Below are positions 52,603 to 64,000 of a DNA stretch of 64,000 nt, one piece after another. The notes below the pieces were generated by a model. That model saw only the letters and a program-made list of their open reading frames with translations, ran no database searches and had not been told where the DNA came from. This DNA is from Geosiphon pyriformis uo1. Its lineage: Eukaryota; Fungi; Glomeromycota. The translations under genes and the position numbers were made by a program. Position 1 is the first letter of the stretch, and every line of letters starts with the position of its first letter. The DNA is taken from NCBI GenBank assembly GCA_016748015.1, contig JAAOMT010000282.1, positions 62,001 through 126,000 on the forward strand, in the 5' to 3' direction.

Positions 52603-54139
52603 TATATTATTATCAGTTTTGATAATCACATTAAGCCATCAACCAAGTCTTAACTGATCTTTTTTTACAGATTAATTCATTCTACAGTTCATCTTTTGGT
52701 CAATAATTTGTTAATATAAAAGACCAAAAATAGTATTATTTATATAGTAATAATAAAATTTACATAAAGTTCATTAGACTACAAAAAAAATTAGACCAAC
52801 ACAAAAAAACAAATATATAAAAAAAAAAGTAGAATGTAAAAAATTAAGATAAAATTTTTTAAAAAAAGAAAAATCAATATATTTATTTAATCTTAATAAG
52901 ATTTATTAAAAATATAACTAAATAAGGTATAATCTTTATTAAAAAATGAAATAAATTTATGTAATAAGAAATAATAATAATTATGACATTAAAAAAAGTA
53001 GTGCTGTCTAAAAAACTAAGCTTAAAAATAATAAAAAACTTATCTTATAAGTTTAAATATTAAAAGAAAAAAAAATTATATTTTTTAATAAAAAACTATT
53101 TATATTAAAGATCATTATTCAGATTTTATTTATTATTATTCAAATAATATTTACTGTTATTTTTGTTTAATTAGTAGTTTTATATTATAGCTAAATAAAT
53201 AGATTTATATTATTTTAAATAAAATAGCTTATTTAATATTATTTTCTATTAATAAATAGGTTATATTATATTTAAACAAGTAATTTTACATTTTTTAAAA
53301 TAAAATAGCTTATTTAATGTTGTTTTCTATCAACAAATAATTTTATATTATACTTAAATAGATGGTTTTATGTTATTTTAAACATATATATTGATTTTGT
53401 TTTATATAGAATTTAAATTTTAAATAAAATTATCTGTTTAAGTATTATGTCTTATTTAATTTTTAAAATCCAAAATTTTGATAATATTTAAAAACATTGA
53501 ATATTATTAATAAAAAACCAATTAAAACTTGAAAACAAAAAAAAATTACAAGATTAAAACATTAAAAAATAAATAATCTTTATATTTTATAATATTTTTT
53601 AGAAAATAATATAAGGCTTGCTATTAAAATAACTTGTTTATCTAAAATAACATTTTAAACATAAGTTAAATTTTATTCAATACTTAATTTATGACCAATA
53701 TTTAAAGATAAAAATAAGTTGGTGAAAAAATTTGTATTTATTTTTATTACTTATTTTTTAGACAATAAAAATTCAATTTTTTATTTTTGAAAAAATTCTT
53801 TAAAATTCATTTCGAATTACTTATTAAAAAGAATTAAAAATTCAAATTTTTTAAATATATATAATAATATTAATTTCTAAAGCAATTAATAATATAATAT
53901 CATAAAAATTAAATCTTAATGTTAAAAAAACTTTTTTTATAATTAATTAATCAATTTTTAAATTCAAAATGCTTTAAAATTTGTGATTATTATTAAATAG
54001 TTAGTTTTTTTTATGATAATTATTATTGCTTATTTAAAATGTTAATACACTTTGATAGTTTTTTGATAATTTTAATAGTTAAAAGATTATTTTTATTACT
54101 TATACTTAATCTTATAAATTGTAATTTATAATTTATCAA

Positions 54140-54927
54140 CTATATTATACAGATTAAGCATTTTATTAATTATATATATTATATAATTTACTAATATTAT
54201 AAATATTAAACAGTTTTATAGTAAAATATTTTATTTGTAATAATAATAATATAATTAGATATAATAAGTCAATAAATAGCAAAAAAACAGTATTATATAA
54301 CAATAAAAAAGTAATTTAATTTTTAATAAGCAAAGTGAATTAAATATGCAAAATTAGTTTTATAAATATTACAGTTGTTATTTTTTTAAAAAGATAACAA
54401 AAAAATCTAAAGATAAAAAAATAATCTATATTATCAACAAAAAATAACACATTGGTATAATTTTATGCCTTATATTGGTGTTTTTAAAAATCAATATTAA
54501 GTATTAGTTGTATTTTTTAGTAAAATTTTTATTTAATATACTTTACAAAAACTAATAAACATATAAATCAAGAAAAAAAAATAAAAAAAATAGTAAAAAA
54601 AATAAAAAAGTTGATATTATTGTATTAATTTTGTTTTAATGAATTTGATCCAAATTTAAATAAATTTTTATAGTTTTAAGAAGTCTTATTTATATACTCT
54701 TAAAGAAAGATTAATAATTAAGTCACTAATCATATTAATAATTTAGTTAATAATTAGATTAATAATCAAGTTAATAACTAAATAAATAACTAAATTAATA
54801 ATTACATCAATAATTAATTCTAAAAATAAAGTGGCTAACTAATAATATTAATGGTTAATACATATAAATAACTATAATTAAATAAATAAATAAATAAAAC
54901 TAGAAAGTAAAAGTTTTAACCATAACA
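54140..54927. repeat. LTR-like direct repeat, copy 2
   Basis: Similar to 49510-50206; ends in CCATAACA. The left boundary is uncertain. Confidence 0.7.
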
Positions 54928-55479
54928 ACAAAATATCTATGAAATTTAATATTAAACTAATGGTATTTAATTTAATTTTGATAATTCTTAAAGAAAATTA
55001 ACTAAATAAAAGAATAGATAAATGGTTCTTTATTATTTAAGTAAACTAAATTAATTTAGTCAAAAAAAAAAAAGCATTTTTTTAATGTATAATTTCATAG
55101 TTTTTTGGTCATTAAAGATAATAAATTCAATTTAATACCAATAAAACCAAATTTCAATCGTATAGTATTTATTATTAAGTATGAAAAAAAACTTTTATAT
55201 ATACAAAAATTAATGACCATCTCTTAATTCTAGTTTTTACTTTTTTTAAAAAAGTTGATGATATTATTTGGTAATGCTTTACTACAATTAGTTATTAAGC
55301 ACTTAGAGTAAAGATTTAGTATAATCTTCAAGTTTAAGTTATGATTTATTATTAATACAAACCTGTTTTAAACATTGAGAAAGTTGAAGTAGCAAAAGTC
55401 TTTTTAAAATGAGTATTTTTTGTTTATTTTAATAATAATAATAATAATAATAATTTTTTAAAAAAAATGATATACTGTA

Positions 55480-56776
55480 CCTGGTTTTTGTCAAAAGTTT
55501 TTTCTGAATGACACCAAAAAGTCTCACTTTTTGGGGTCAACCAAAACTTCTGCGCTGCTATGGACAAATTTTACATCCTTATATTTGGTGGTAGTTTTGG
55601 CTTATTATATCCTTTACTAGTAAATCTTATTACTTTGGAAATTTGGTTAATTTTCGAATCATGATTGACCATATGTCACAACTCCTATAGACGTGTTGTC
55701 CTTAAATATCTGGAAAGGCTAAGTGCTGTAAGTTAGGCATACATTTTGGAATAACAAAATTTATTTAAGAAATCCTAAACATTTTAAAGATTCCATTTTC
55801 AGAATGCATGAAAAATATAGGGAATTAAGCATACCATCACCAATACTATAGAAATCAAATAATCCGGTGGCTCTGAATCAATTGATATAACAAGTTCAGT
55901 GATAACCTTTTGTTGAAATTTAACATACATTTAATAAATCTTTTTGAGAATCTTGACATCAGTCACTTCTCAATAATCTATTAAGACTGCTCCATCTCCT
56001 TCGAGGTTTTTTTTTAATGATTCTTCATTCTCAGCGAATGGGATTATAATTAAAGCTTTTCCTCACGATACCCAACTTTTGAATTAAACCATAGAATTTT
56101 GATTGAGTTGTGTTAAAAAAATTCATTAAGCAATCTTTCTTGGAAAAAATTACCTAAAGTTAATTCGTTTGAATTTTTGAAGTTTTTTATGATAAGAAAT
56201 GGCTTTATAAGCTATTTTAGCAATAAACTTGAATACTTCTTTTTCTTTTGCATTTGCGGGTAATATTTGCGATCTTCAGCCACTGATGCATGTATTTGGG
56301 TTTTCACATTACTATTATAATTTGAGGTAAAGATATTCGCCGATTCAGCATTAGAAAAATAGAATTTTAGTTGTGAAACCTTGATTGCTTGTGATTTGTG
56401 TAAGGTTAGTTTCAGGTAAATGTGGTGTTCTCAATAACGTTTTTCAAATTCATTTGATCATCGATTAATTTATCAATGTTTGAGAAAATCTCTTCATCCT
56501 TTCCATTAATTTTGAATTCTTTTGGCTCCCAAACATTCGACAATAGAGAACTATCATTTAGAATAAGACCATTGAACAAATTTAGGTATGGAGATGTTGG
56601 TTCATTTCATAAAACGTTGCCTCCATTTTCATATGAAACAAAACCTACTAAAACATTATCACCAATGTCACTTTCAAAGGTTTGAACTGGTTTGGCCTAA
56701 ATTATTGACCAAAAATTGCACAAAATAAAAGCAATGAAAGCTGGAATAAATAGCGTTTCAAAAATAAATTTGTCAT
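55480..56776 (-). pseudogene. Secreted class-3 lipase-like pseudogene
   Basis: Signal-like LFIPAFIAFILCNFWSII*AKP; later VVTYGQS*FEN (TYGQPRxGN), VIRFT..PKLPP..FVHSSAEVLVD. Multiple stops and frameshifts; the GHSxG nucleophile motif is not recognisable. Confidence 0.65.
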
Positions 56777-59700
56777 TTAGGTTTTTTGAAATTAAAGTCA
56801 ATTGTGAATAAGACAAGAAAGATGAACAGAATTTTTCGAACTCGTCCATGCTTCAAAAGATCAACAAACATATGAAGGTTTATTCATAGAATTCAAATCA
56901 TGATACTATTTGTATTAATAACTAAAAAAGATTGTTTGCCTTTACACAATTCATCAGTGGAAGTTTTCTCAAATAAAACTATCGGTCTTTAAGTAATTTA
57001 GAGTAACTTCTTCTGAATGAAAAAAATTTTAAAAATTTGGGAAAATTTCTCAACATTATATAAGACTTGGTTGATAAATATTTCTTTCATTATCTTAAAA
57101 ATTGAAAGAAAATTTTATTTAAGATTATGAGTCTTGTATCAATATTTGGATTAGTTTTTTTGCTTGATAACACTTTTTTAATCATTAGTTAAATGAAATA
57201 AAAATAAAAATTGCAATTTTAAAATCCTTTATCCTATTTTAAATCCAAAAATCAAGAGATTTATAATTTAATATTATTTCAAAAAAAAATTTCGGGAATT
57301 ATGGCAAAACTTGAGAGAATTTTTGAAGTCGAAAAGCTTGAATGAATTATAAAACCACTTAAAATTTTCGAAAATTGATTTTATTATCAAAAAAAATAGT
57401 TTCAAGTAACTTGATATTATCGTATATATCTGATAAAATACACAAGTTTTTTATATTTTTGACAACTACTTATTATTAAATTTAAAAAGAATAGAACCAA
57501 AATTTTGATAATAGACAGAAATTTAAAATTAAACAAGTATTTTTTTGTATTAAATATTTTTATCTAATTAAAATATTGATAATTGAAAAATTATTTCACT
57601 CTGAAAATTTTAAAAGAGATTAAAATTTTTAAAATGTTATGTCCAATTAACTAAATTTAAATATTAAATTTTATTATAATTTTTAAAAATATTATTTTTC
57701 AGCCTTATAAAATTGTTTATAAATGTATCATTACTATTTTATATGAAAAATTTGATATAAAGGTTGAAATTAGAATATTTTTTTAGAAGCTTGCAAATAT
57801 CATTCCATTATTTAAATTTTTTAAGACTTTTGGAGTTGAGATACTTGTAAGTATATAAAGAGAAATTTTTTTTAATTTAACAATATTATTGCTTTCATTA
57901 TAGTCTATATTTTGAGAAGAACATAAAAAATTGGGAAAGTTCAAATATTCAAAACCAATGATATTTTAGAAAAAAAGCCAAGTCAAAAATTGCTCAATAG
58001 TTTTTAATATAATTTAAATATTTGATCAGACAAAATATTGCTTTAGAAAATCCTTTATCTTAGGATCTTTGAAATCTTCTAGGCTTAAAAATTTAAAATT
58101 GTTTTGAATACTCATAGTAGGATTCATAAAAGTGTATAATTTAAGTTTACAACTATTTTTACTGAATGCATAATTACTTATTTGTTTAAACAAAAAACTT
58201 CATGCTATATATAAACTTTCTAACTTTCAAAAATTTTTAATGTAATTAACTTATTCTAATGTTAAATCTTTTCAATATGGAAATTTTATTTTTTTCATTG
58301 GGTCAAATAAAAAATTTCAGATCAAAAGATTATAAGACATGATACACTTCTTATAAATTATCAAAAGTATTTTCTGTGATCTCATTCTGTTTGCTTATAT
58401 ATTTTCGTCATTTTGTGTTTTCAAATACCAAGTTTACATATCTAAGAAAAAATGAATTTAGCTGGCCAAAAAAAACATTTTTTATTAAAAGACTCTTACA
58501 ATTTAGCTCAAACTTATTTTAAAAATGAAATCTAATTAATTGACCAGATTTTAGCTTCAAAAAAGTAGCTGCAGGCAAAATTGGTTTCCAGAAGTAAATT
58601 TGTCAAAGAAATTTTATTTAAAACCAAATTTTTTCACATTACAATAAGTGCATTTTCTGCATAAGGAGCATCTTATCAACAAATATTTGAAACCAATTAA
58701 TTATGTGTTTTATGTGGTTCTGGAAACGCTAAAGTTTAGGGTCAATAATTTTTTTTTTTATATGAGTTTCCAGAAAGGAATAAAAATTCAAGAGAATTTA
58801 ATAATTCTAACAGTAATTACCTTTAGTGGTTTTGACTATAAATCTGATTGCGTAGATGATTAATTTAAAAAAAATTATTGGGATGTTGTCTCTTAGCTGT
58901 ATCTTGAATGGAAATTTGTTTCTAAACTATTTTATTGCTGTTTGAAAAATTCACAGCCTAATTTTGGAAAAATTTACATCGTTTAATTAACCAAAATAGC
59001 CAAGAAAAACCTTATAAATATGTAATATATTGCTTTTTTTATTTGAAAATTGCATTATTGTAAACATTCTGTATATAATTTTTCTAAATTTTTAGTGTTT
59101 CAATATTTTTTAAAAATAATATATGTTTATACTGTGATTAATAATAATAACATCATTATTAAACGTTATTAATTTAAGCCATTGATAATTTTTTAAAGTG
59201 TCATAATAAGATTTTTTCATTAACAAAACGCGAGATTCTTCAAGTTTAAAATTTTAAAATTTGTATTTTTTGCTAATGCTAATTTAGTTAATAAAACGTG
59301 CAATTATAAAAATTCACAATCACTTTATTATTATTATTATTATTATTATAATCATCAGAGATTTTGATTCAAGTCATGGTTCAATATGGCATTTAATTCA
59401 TAAAACCCCTTTTATCAACTTACCAAGTATGAATTGTATCATTAAAAAAGCAACTGGATTTTGATACTGCACGAATACACGATTATTATTTTTCGAAAAA
59501 ATAATTACTTGGCAGAAATAGGTTCCAATCAACTTTGTTATTGATTGTTTTTTTTACTTTTTCTATTGTGGAAATTCATTCACCTGAAATAATTTAACCC
59601 GGTGAACTAATTGTTTTTCAATAATCAAGTAAACTTGGATGTTCCTAGCTAGTTTATTTATTTACCTTGAAAGAGAACAGATATGCAAAAAAACGTTAGA

Positions 59701-60482
59701 CTGTTTGTTTGCTTGTTTGTTTTTTTGTTTGACTTTGATCGTTTACTGGACAGCTAATTAAAGTTTATCTTTTTTAATATATATTAGATCATATCTCCAA
59801 ATCAGGCTAACCAAAGTTTAAAGAAGAGTAAGTGATATCATTAGCTTACAAACAAAGCAAAATAAATATAGATTTTATAATTCTTTGATTTTGATTTCAG
59901 GAATTGCTTATCACTATTTAATTTAATATCTAACTAAAAATTGAAAACTGAAATAGAACTAAGGTCTTTTTTATATTTTCCTTTAGGCAGTCTCAAATAA
60001 TAAAATCAACAACTTTTCTGATCTTTGGGTTGGATCGTATTTGAACATTACAATTAGAGAAAGATTAAAAGCATAATTTATATGATGTTAATAGAATCAA
60101 GTTAATTAATAAGTCGAAAAATCTTTAAATAGTAGATTTCGTCATAAAATATTTCTTTTATTTTTCCTATCCCTCCCGAATGAAAAATATTTAATTGAGA
60201 TCTTCAAAAAGGTAAGAGGCTAAATATTCTTGATCCCGTCTTGTTAAAATTAATAATAATGCATCGATAAATTTTAATTTAAAAGTGAAATCATAAATTT
60301 ATTAAATCCTTTTCAAGCTAGAATCAAACTAGAAATTTTTTTCTATAAAACAAGGTCGAAGGCTCACCAAAAAGAAAGCACCTTTGAAATCAATCAATTA
60401 AATCAACAAATATTCCTTAAAAACATTAAATTTTTCACTAAATAACTTTTTTGCTTTTCCTACCAATTTTAATTTTTCCAAA

Positions 60483-60776
60483 ATGTTGAACCTACGATTT
60501 GCCCTTGCATTTCTTATTTTTTTGGTGGCAACAATTCTTCCCGCACATATCTTCGTCTCGGCTCTACCGGCTCCAATTACCGCGAAGAGGAACCCTGATG
60601 GCTTGCTTAGTGTTGTTAAAAGGGGTATTACTGATGGTACTGTCGGATATTTTCCTTACAGTAATATCCTGAGTGTTGTTGGCAACGGGAGTAATGATAA
60701 TGCCGGGAATAATAATAGTGTCGGGGTCTTGAATAATAGTAATATCGGGATTAATAGAAATAAAATCGGAGGATAA
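60483..60776 (+). CDS. Small secreted protein (97 aa) with two KR sites and an Asn/Gly-rich C-terminus
   Basis: Hydrophobic N-terminus ending VSA|LP; KR at about aa 35-36 and 46-47; TATAAAA at 60344; aaaATG context; a GC-richer island in AT-rich DNA. Confidence 0.8.
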   Translation: MLNLRFALAFLIFLVATILPAHIFVSALPAPITAKRNPDGLLSVVKRGITDGTVGYFPYSNILSVVGNGSNDNAGNNNSVGVLNNSNIGINRNKIGG

Positions 60777-63248
60777 TCCTAAGTGCGGGGTTTCAATCTC
60801 AAAATGGTTACTGAAATAGTCATTATTTTTATAAAACAACTTATTTACACATTTTTTGTAATTTCATTTCATCTTTAAAGTAGGGAATTGTTTTCAACCA
60901 TAGTTAAATTATTAGTTGCTCAAAAGACTTGTTAGCTATAATTACAAAGTTCATAAAAAAACCTTATTTAACAGTTAAATTTTTTCAAAAAACAACATGA
61001 GACATAAATTTATAATATAAAAATTACTTTTATTATTAAAATTGATGATTTAGTTTTTTGTAGAGGGAAAATTTAATCAAGAGTTTTTACTTAAGAAATT
61101 TCACTGTTAAAGAGCTTTGTTGAATATGTAACTATTAATCTCATCACAATTTGAGCAGTTTGTAATTAATATATAAAGCTAATGAGTTTACAACAATAAA
61201 TCCGAAAAGAATTTTGTTTTTTTGTCTGAAAATGCATAGGTTATAAAATAGAACTATATATTTTTAATTCAGTACAGAAAAAATGTGTTTTATTTATCTG
61301 ACCTTTTTTTTGAATTCGGTTTGTTATATAATACTTTTTTAGAAAATAAGCTAATGACTAACATTAAAAAAAACTATTATAAACTTATGCTGTAATGGAC
61401 TTTCCATATGGTTGGTTAATTTTAGTACAAATGCTTTCAAGGATTTATTTTTTGACTGGCAACATCCTAATTTCATAAATTATTTTCAATAAATAATTTT
61501 AAAGTAAACTAAGTTGAATCAATATTGAACTGAAATAATCAGATTGAAGCAAAAGAATATTAAAAATTTATTCTATTTTGCAGTAGAAATATTTGTCAAT
61601 ATTTCAAAGCTAAAGCCTGAAGAAAATCAAATAAATAACTGATAGCGGTTTATAAATTTTAGTACCTTTTCTTTTTAATGAGAAAAAAGAACACAAATTT
61701 TTTTTGAAAGAAAGATATAAAAAACAGTATAACTAGACAAATATTTTAACTCTATTATTGGTTCGTTTAAATATTTATATATTTAATTGTTTTATTCAGA
61801 TACACATATATTTACTTTTTTACATTTATTTATAAATTTTTTAATAAATAGAAGCCTAACAGAATATTGTGACCATTTATTTTAAATAAATAACGCAAAA
61901 TACAATAAAAAAAGGTTTATTTTTCTAAGCTAAAAATTTATTAAACCATAATATATATTATTTTAAAGCTTGAAAAAAAATGTAGAATTTAAAATCTAAC
62001 ATTAAACCAAAACTTATTACTTGATTAATCTTGGTTTCCACACAATAAAGCCATACATCTCGAGAAAACAAAAGTTTGAATGTTGGATTGGTTTATTCAA
62101 AGTCCAATCTAAAATACACTTGGAAGCAAACCAAATCCAAGTAATTTTATTGATGTTAAATGTCTTTGTTCAAGAAGTCTAATGACCTTATCATCTTAAT
62201 TCGATTAATTGTTAGATAGTATGTCAAATTGCATCGATGTTTGTATTAAATGTTTTATTTGTCATAACGTGTTTAAATTATGTAAAGGCTTAGTTTGGCA
62301 AAATACGTCACTTTGGACAAAATAAATATGGGCTTTGGATGAAAATGTTTTTTTTTGGTTCAACATTAAAATTAATATAACTTGAAATTTTAAAACAATA
62401 TACATTTTTAATTTAATAAATCTATTAGCCAAGAATAATAAAGCTTGGTTTTCGGAATACTTATTTTAAAATCTTCATATTTTATCAAATTTTATAGTTT
62501 TAATAAATAAATGGTATTTTTAAATAAAATAAAATAAAATAATTTGTAATATGTTTGATTTAAAAATTTAAAAATAAGTAGTAGTTCCATAATTTGTTTT
62601 TAACAAAAAAAATTATTATTTTTTAATATCATATGCAAAAATTTCAATTAAAGTTAAAATATAATTAAAATATGTATATTTAATTTTTATGCTTGATTAG
62701 TTATTTAATTGAATCTTGTAAAATATTTTTATCAAAGTTAAGTTTTCAAAAGATCCAGTTATTACAATTTAATTATATCATTGAAAAATATGTTTAAAGC
62801 GCATTTTTTTTTTACAAAAAAATTGATAAATATATATCAAAGTATTTTTTGAAAATGTAATTTTAAACTATTAAAATCAAATTTATTTTTATTCAATTAT
62901 TATTTTCAAATTAAAAATTGAAACAAAATAATTATAATGAACTTAAACACAATAAATAATATTCAAATCAAACAATTAATTTTTATTATCTATTTAATTA
63001 AATTAAAAAAATGCTTAAAATTTATATATAGTTCAATTAATTAATTTATAAAAAAAAATTTAATAAATATTAAATTTATAATAAATATATCAAAATTTTA
63101 ATGACATATAATATTCGCAACTCAATTTTTTATATTTTACAATATCAGAATAAAACATAGTTATAAATAATGTTAATTTTTAAATATAAATTTTCTCATT
63201 TTTACTATTTAAATAAGTGGGAAACAAAAATAAATTTTTAATTTTTAA

Positions 63249-63357
63249 TTATTTATTAACGAGTGCGGCCCAACCACTATCTACTACCGATACAGCAAAT
63301 AAAATGCTCTAAAATAAATGTGGCCCATACCTTGACTATACGTGACCAGTCGCTCGG
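63249..63357 (-). mobile_element. Isolated ~105-nt LINE-family 3' tail
   Basis: ttaacgagtgcggcccaa...cgtgaccagtcgctcgg is homologous to 6365-6460 and to the reverse complement of the LINE 3' UTR. Confidence 0.75.
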
Positions 63358-64000
63358 ATGAATTATATATTGCTATTGAATCAGCTAATACAAAAGCAAT
63401 TACAAATTATAATTTATAAAGCATTGATATTGCATTAAATAATACAAAAAAAATAGAAAATTTTAATTATGTTAAAACAATTAATACAGAAAATTGATAA
63501 TTCAAAATATGTAATAGGAACATTTTAATCAAGACTGTAATTTTAATTGTTTGGACAGAAAAATTCATTAATTTCACAATAATAAATTGTATATTTTGTC
63601 AAAATTTTATATTATTTCAATAATTCGAAATGTAAAAAAATCTTGAACATGCTCTAATTTATTTAATACAAATAAATTATCATTTTTCAATTGAATTACA
63701 AAAAATTATGAAGTGTCAACAGATTTCAAAGACTTTTGTGTTTGCTTATTTATTTTCAACAACTTGAAACCCTATTTTTTATTGAAAATTTTTTTATCAA
63801 ATTAAAATTAAAGTATTTTGCTTTAGGAGTTTTATATTCATAACAATACTTCGCAATTTTTGATTTATTTGAGTAATTATTCGAAAGTATAGCTACAACC
63901 ACTTTTTTTTGCGAAATTCCAAGAATTATAAATAAATAAACAGCTTAAAATTATATTTCTAATATTTATGTGTTGTTTAAAATTAGGACAAATTGATATT

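Overview
Eukaryotic, very AT-rich fungal genomic DNA with short GT-AG introns. The gene families and TE types point to Glomeromycotina/Mucoromycota; Geosiphon-like is my inference from the Myb, lipase-3, dUTPase-Gypsy and RNase H-LINE content, not verified. Seven apparently intact host genes sit in islands: F-box, single-repeat Myb, Rtc3/SBDS-like, a hypothetical protein, NFS1, a TBC1D13-like RabGAP, and a small secreted Kex2-type Asn/Gly-rich protein. Between them are four decayed gene-family members (BTB/POZ, kinase, P-loop NTPase, lipase-3) and nested TEs: a Ty3/Gypsy element with dUTPase, a Cys-rich insert and an extra 3' ORF, inserted into an ORF1-only non-LTR element; a full-length APE-RT-RNaseH LINE with a 12-bp TSD; several ~100-nt LINE 3' tails; a deleted Mutator; a Tc1/mariner; and older relics. 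The main signal is a repeat-targeted C>T/G>A hypermutation, RIP-like and not limited to CpG. It kills long repeats almost without indels, appears to spare isolated ~100-nt copies, and erodes old TEs to near-pure A/T. All alignments and counts were done by hand and are approximate.
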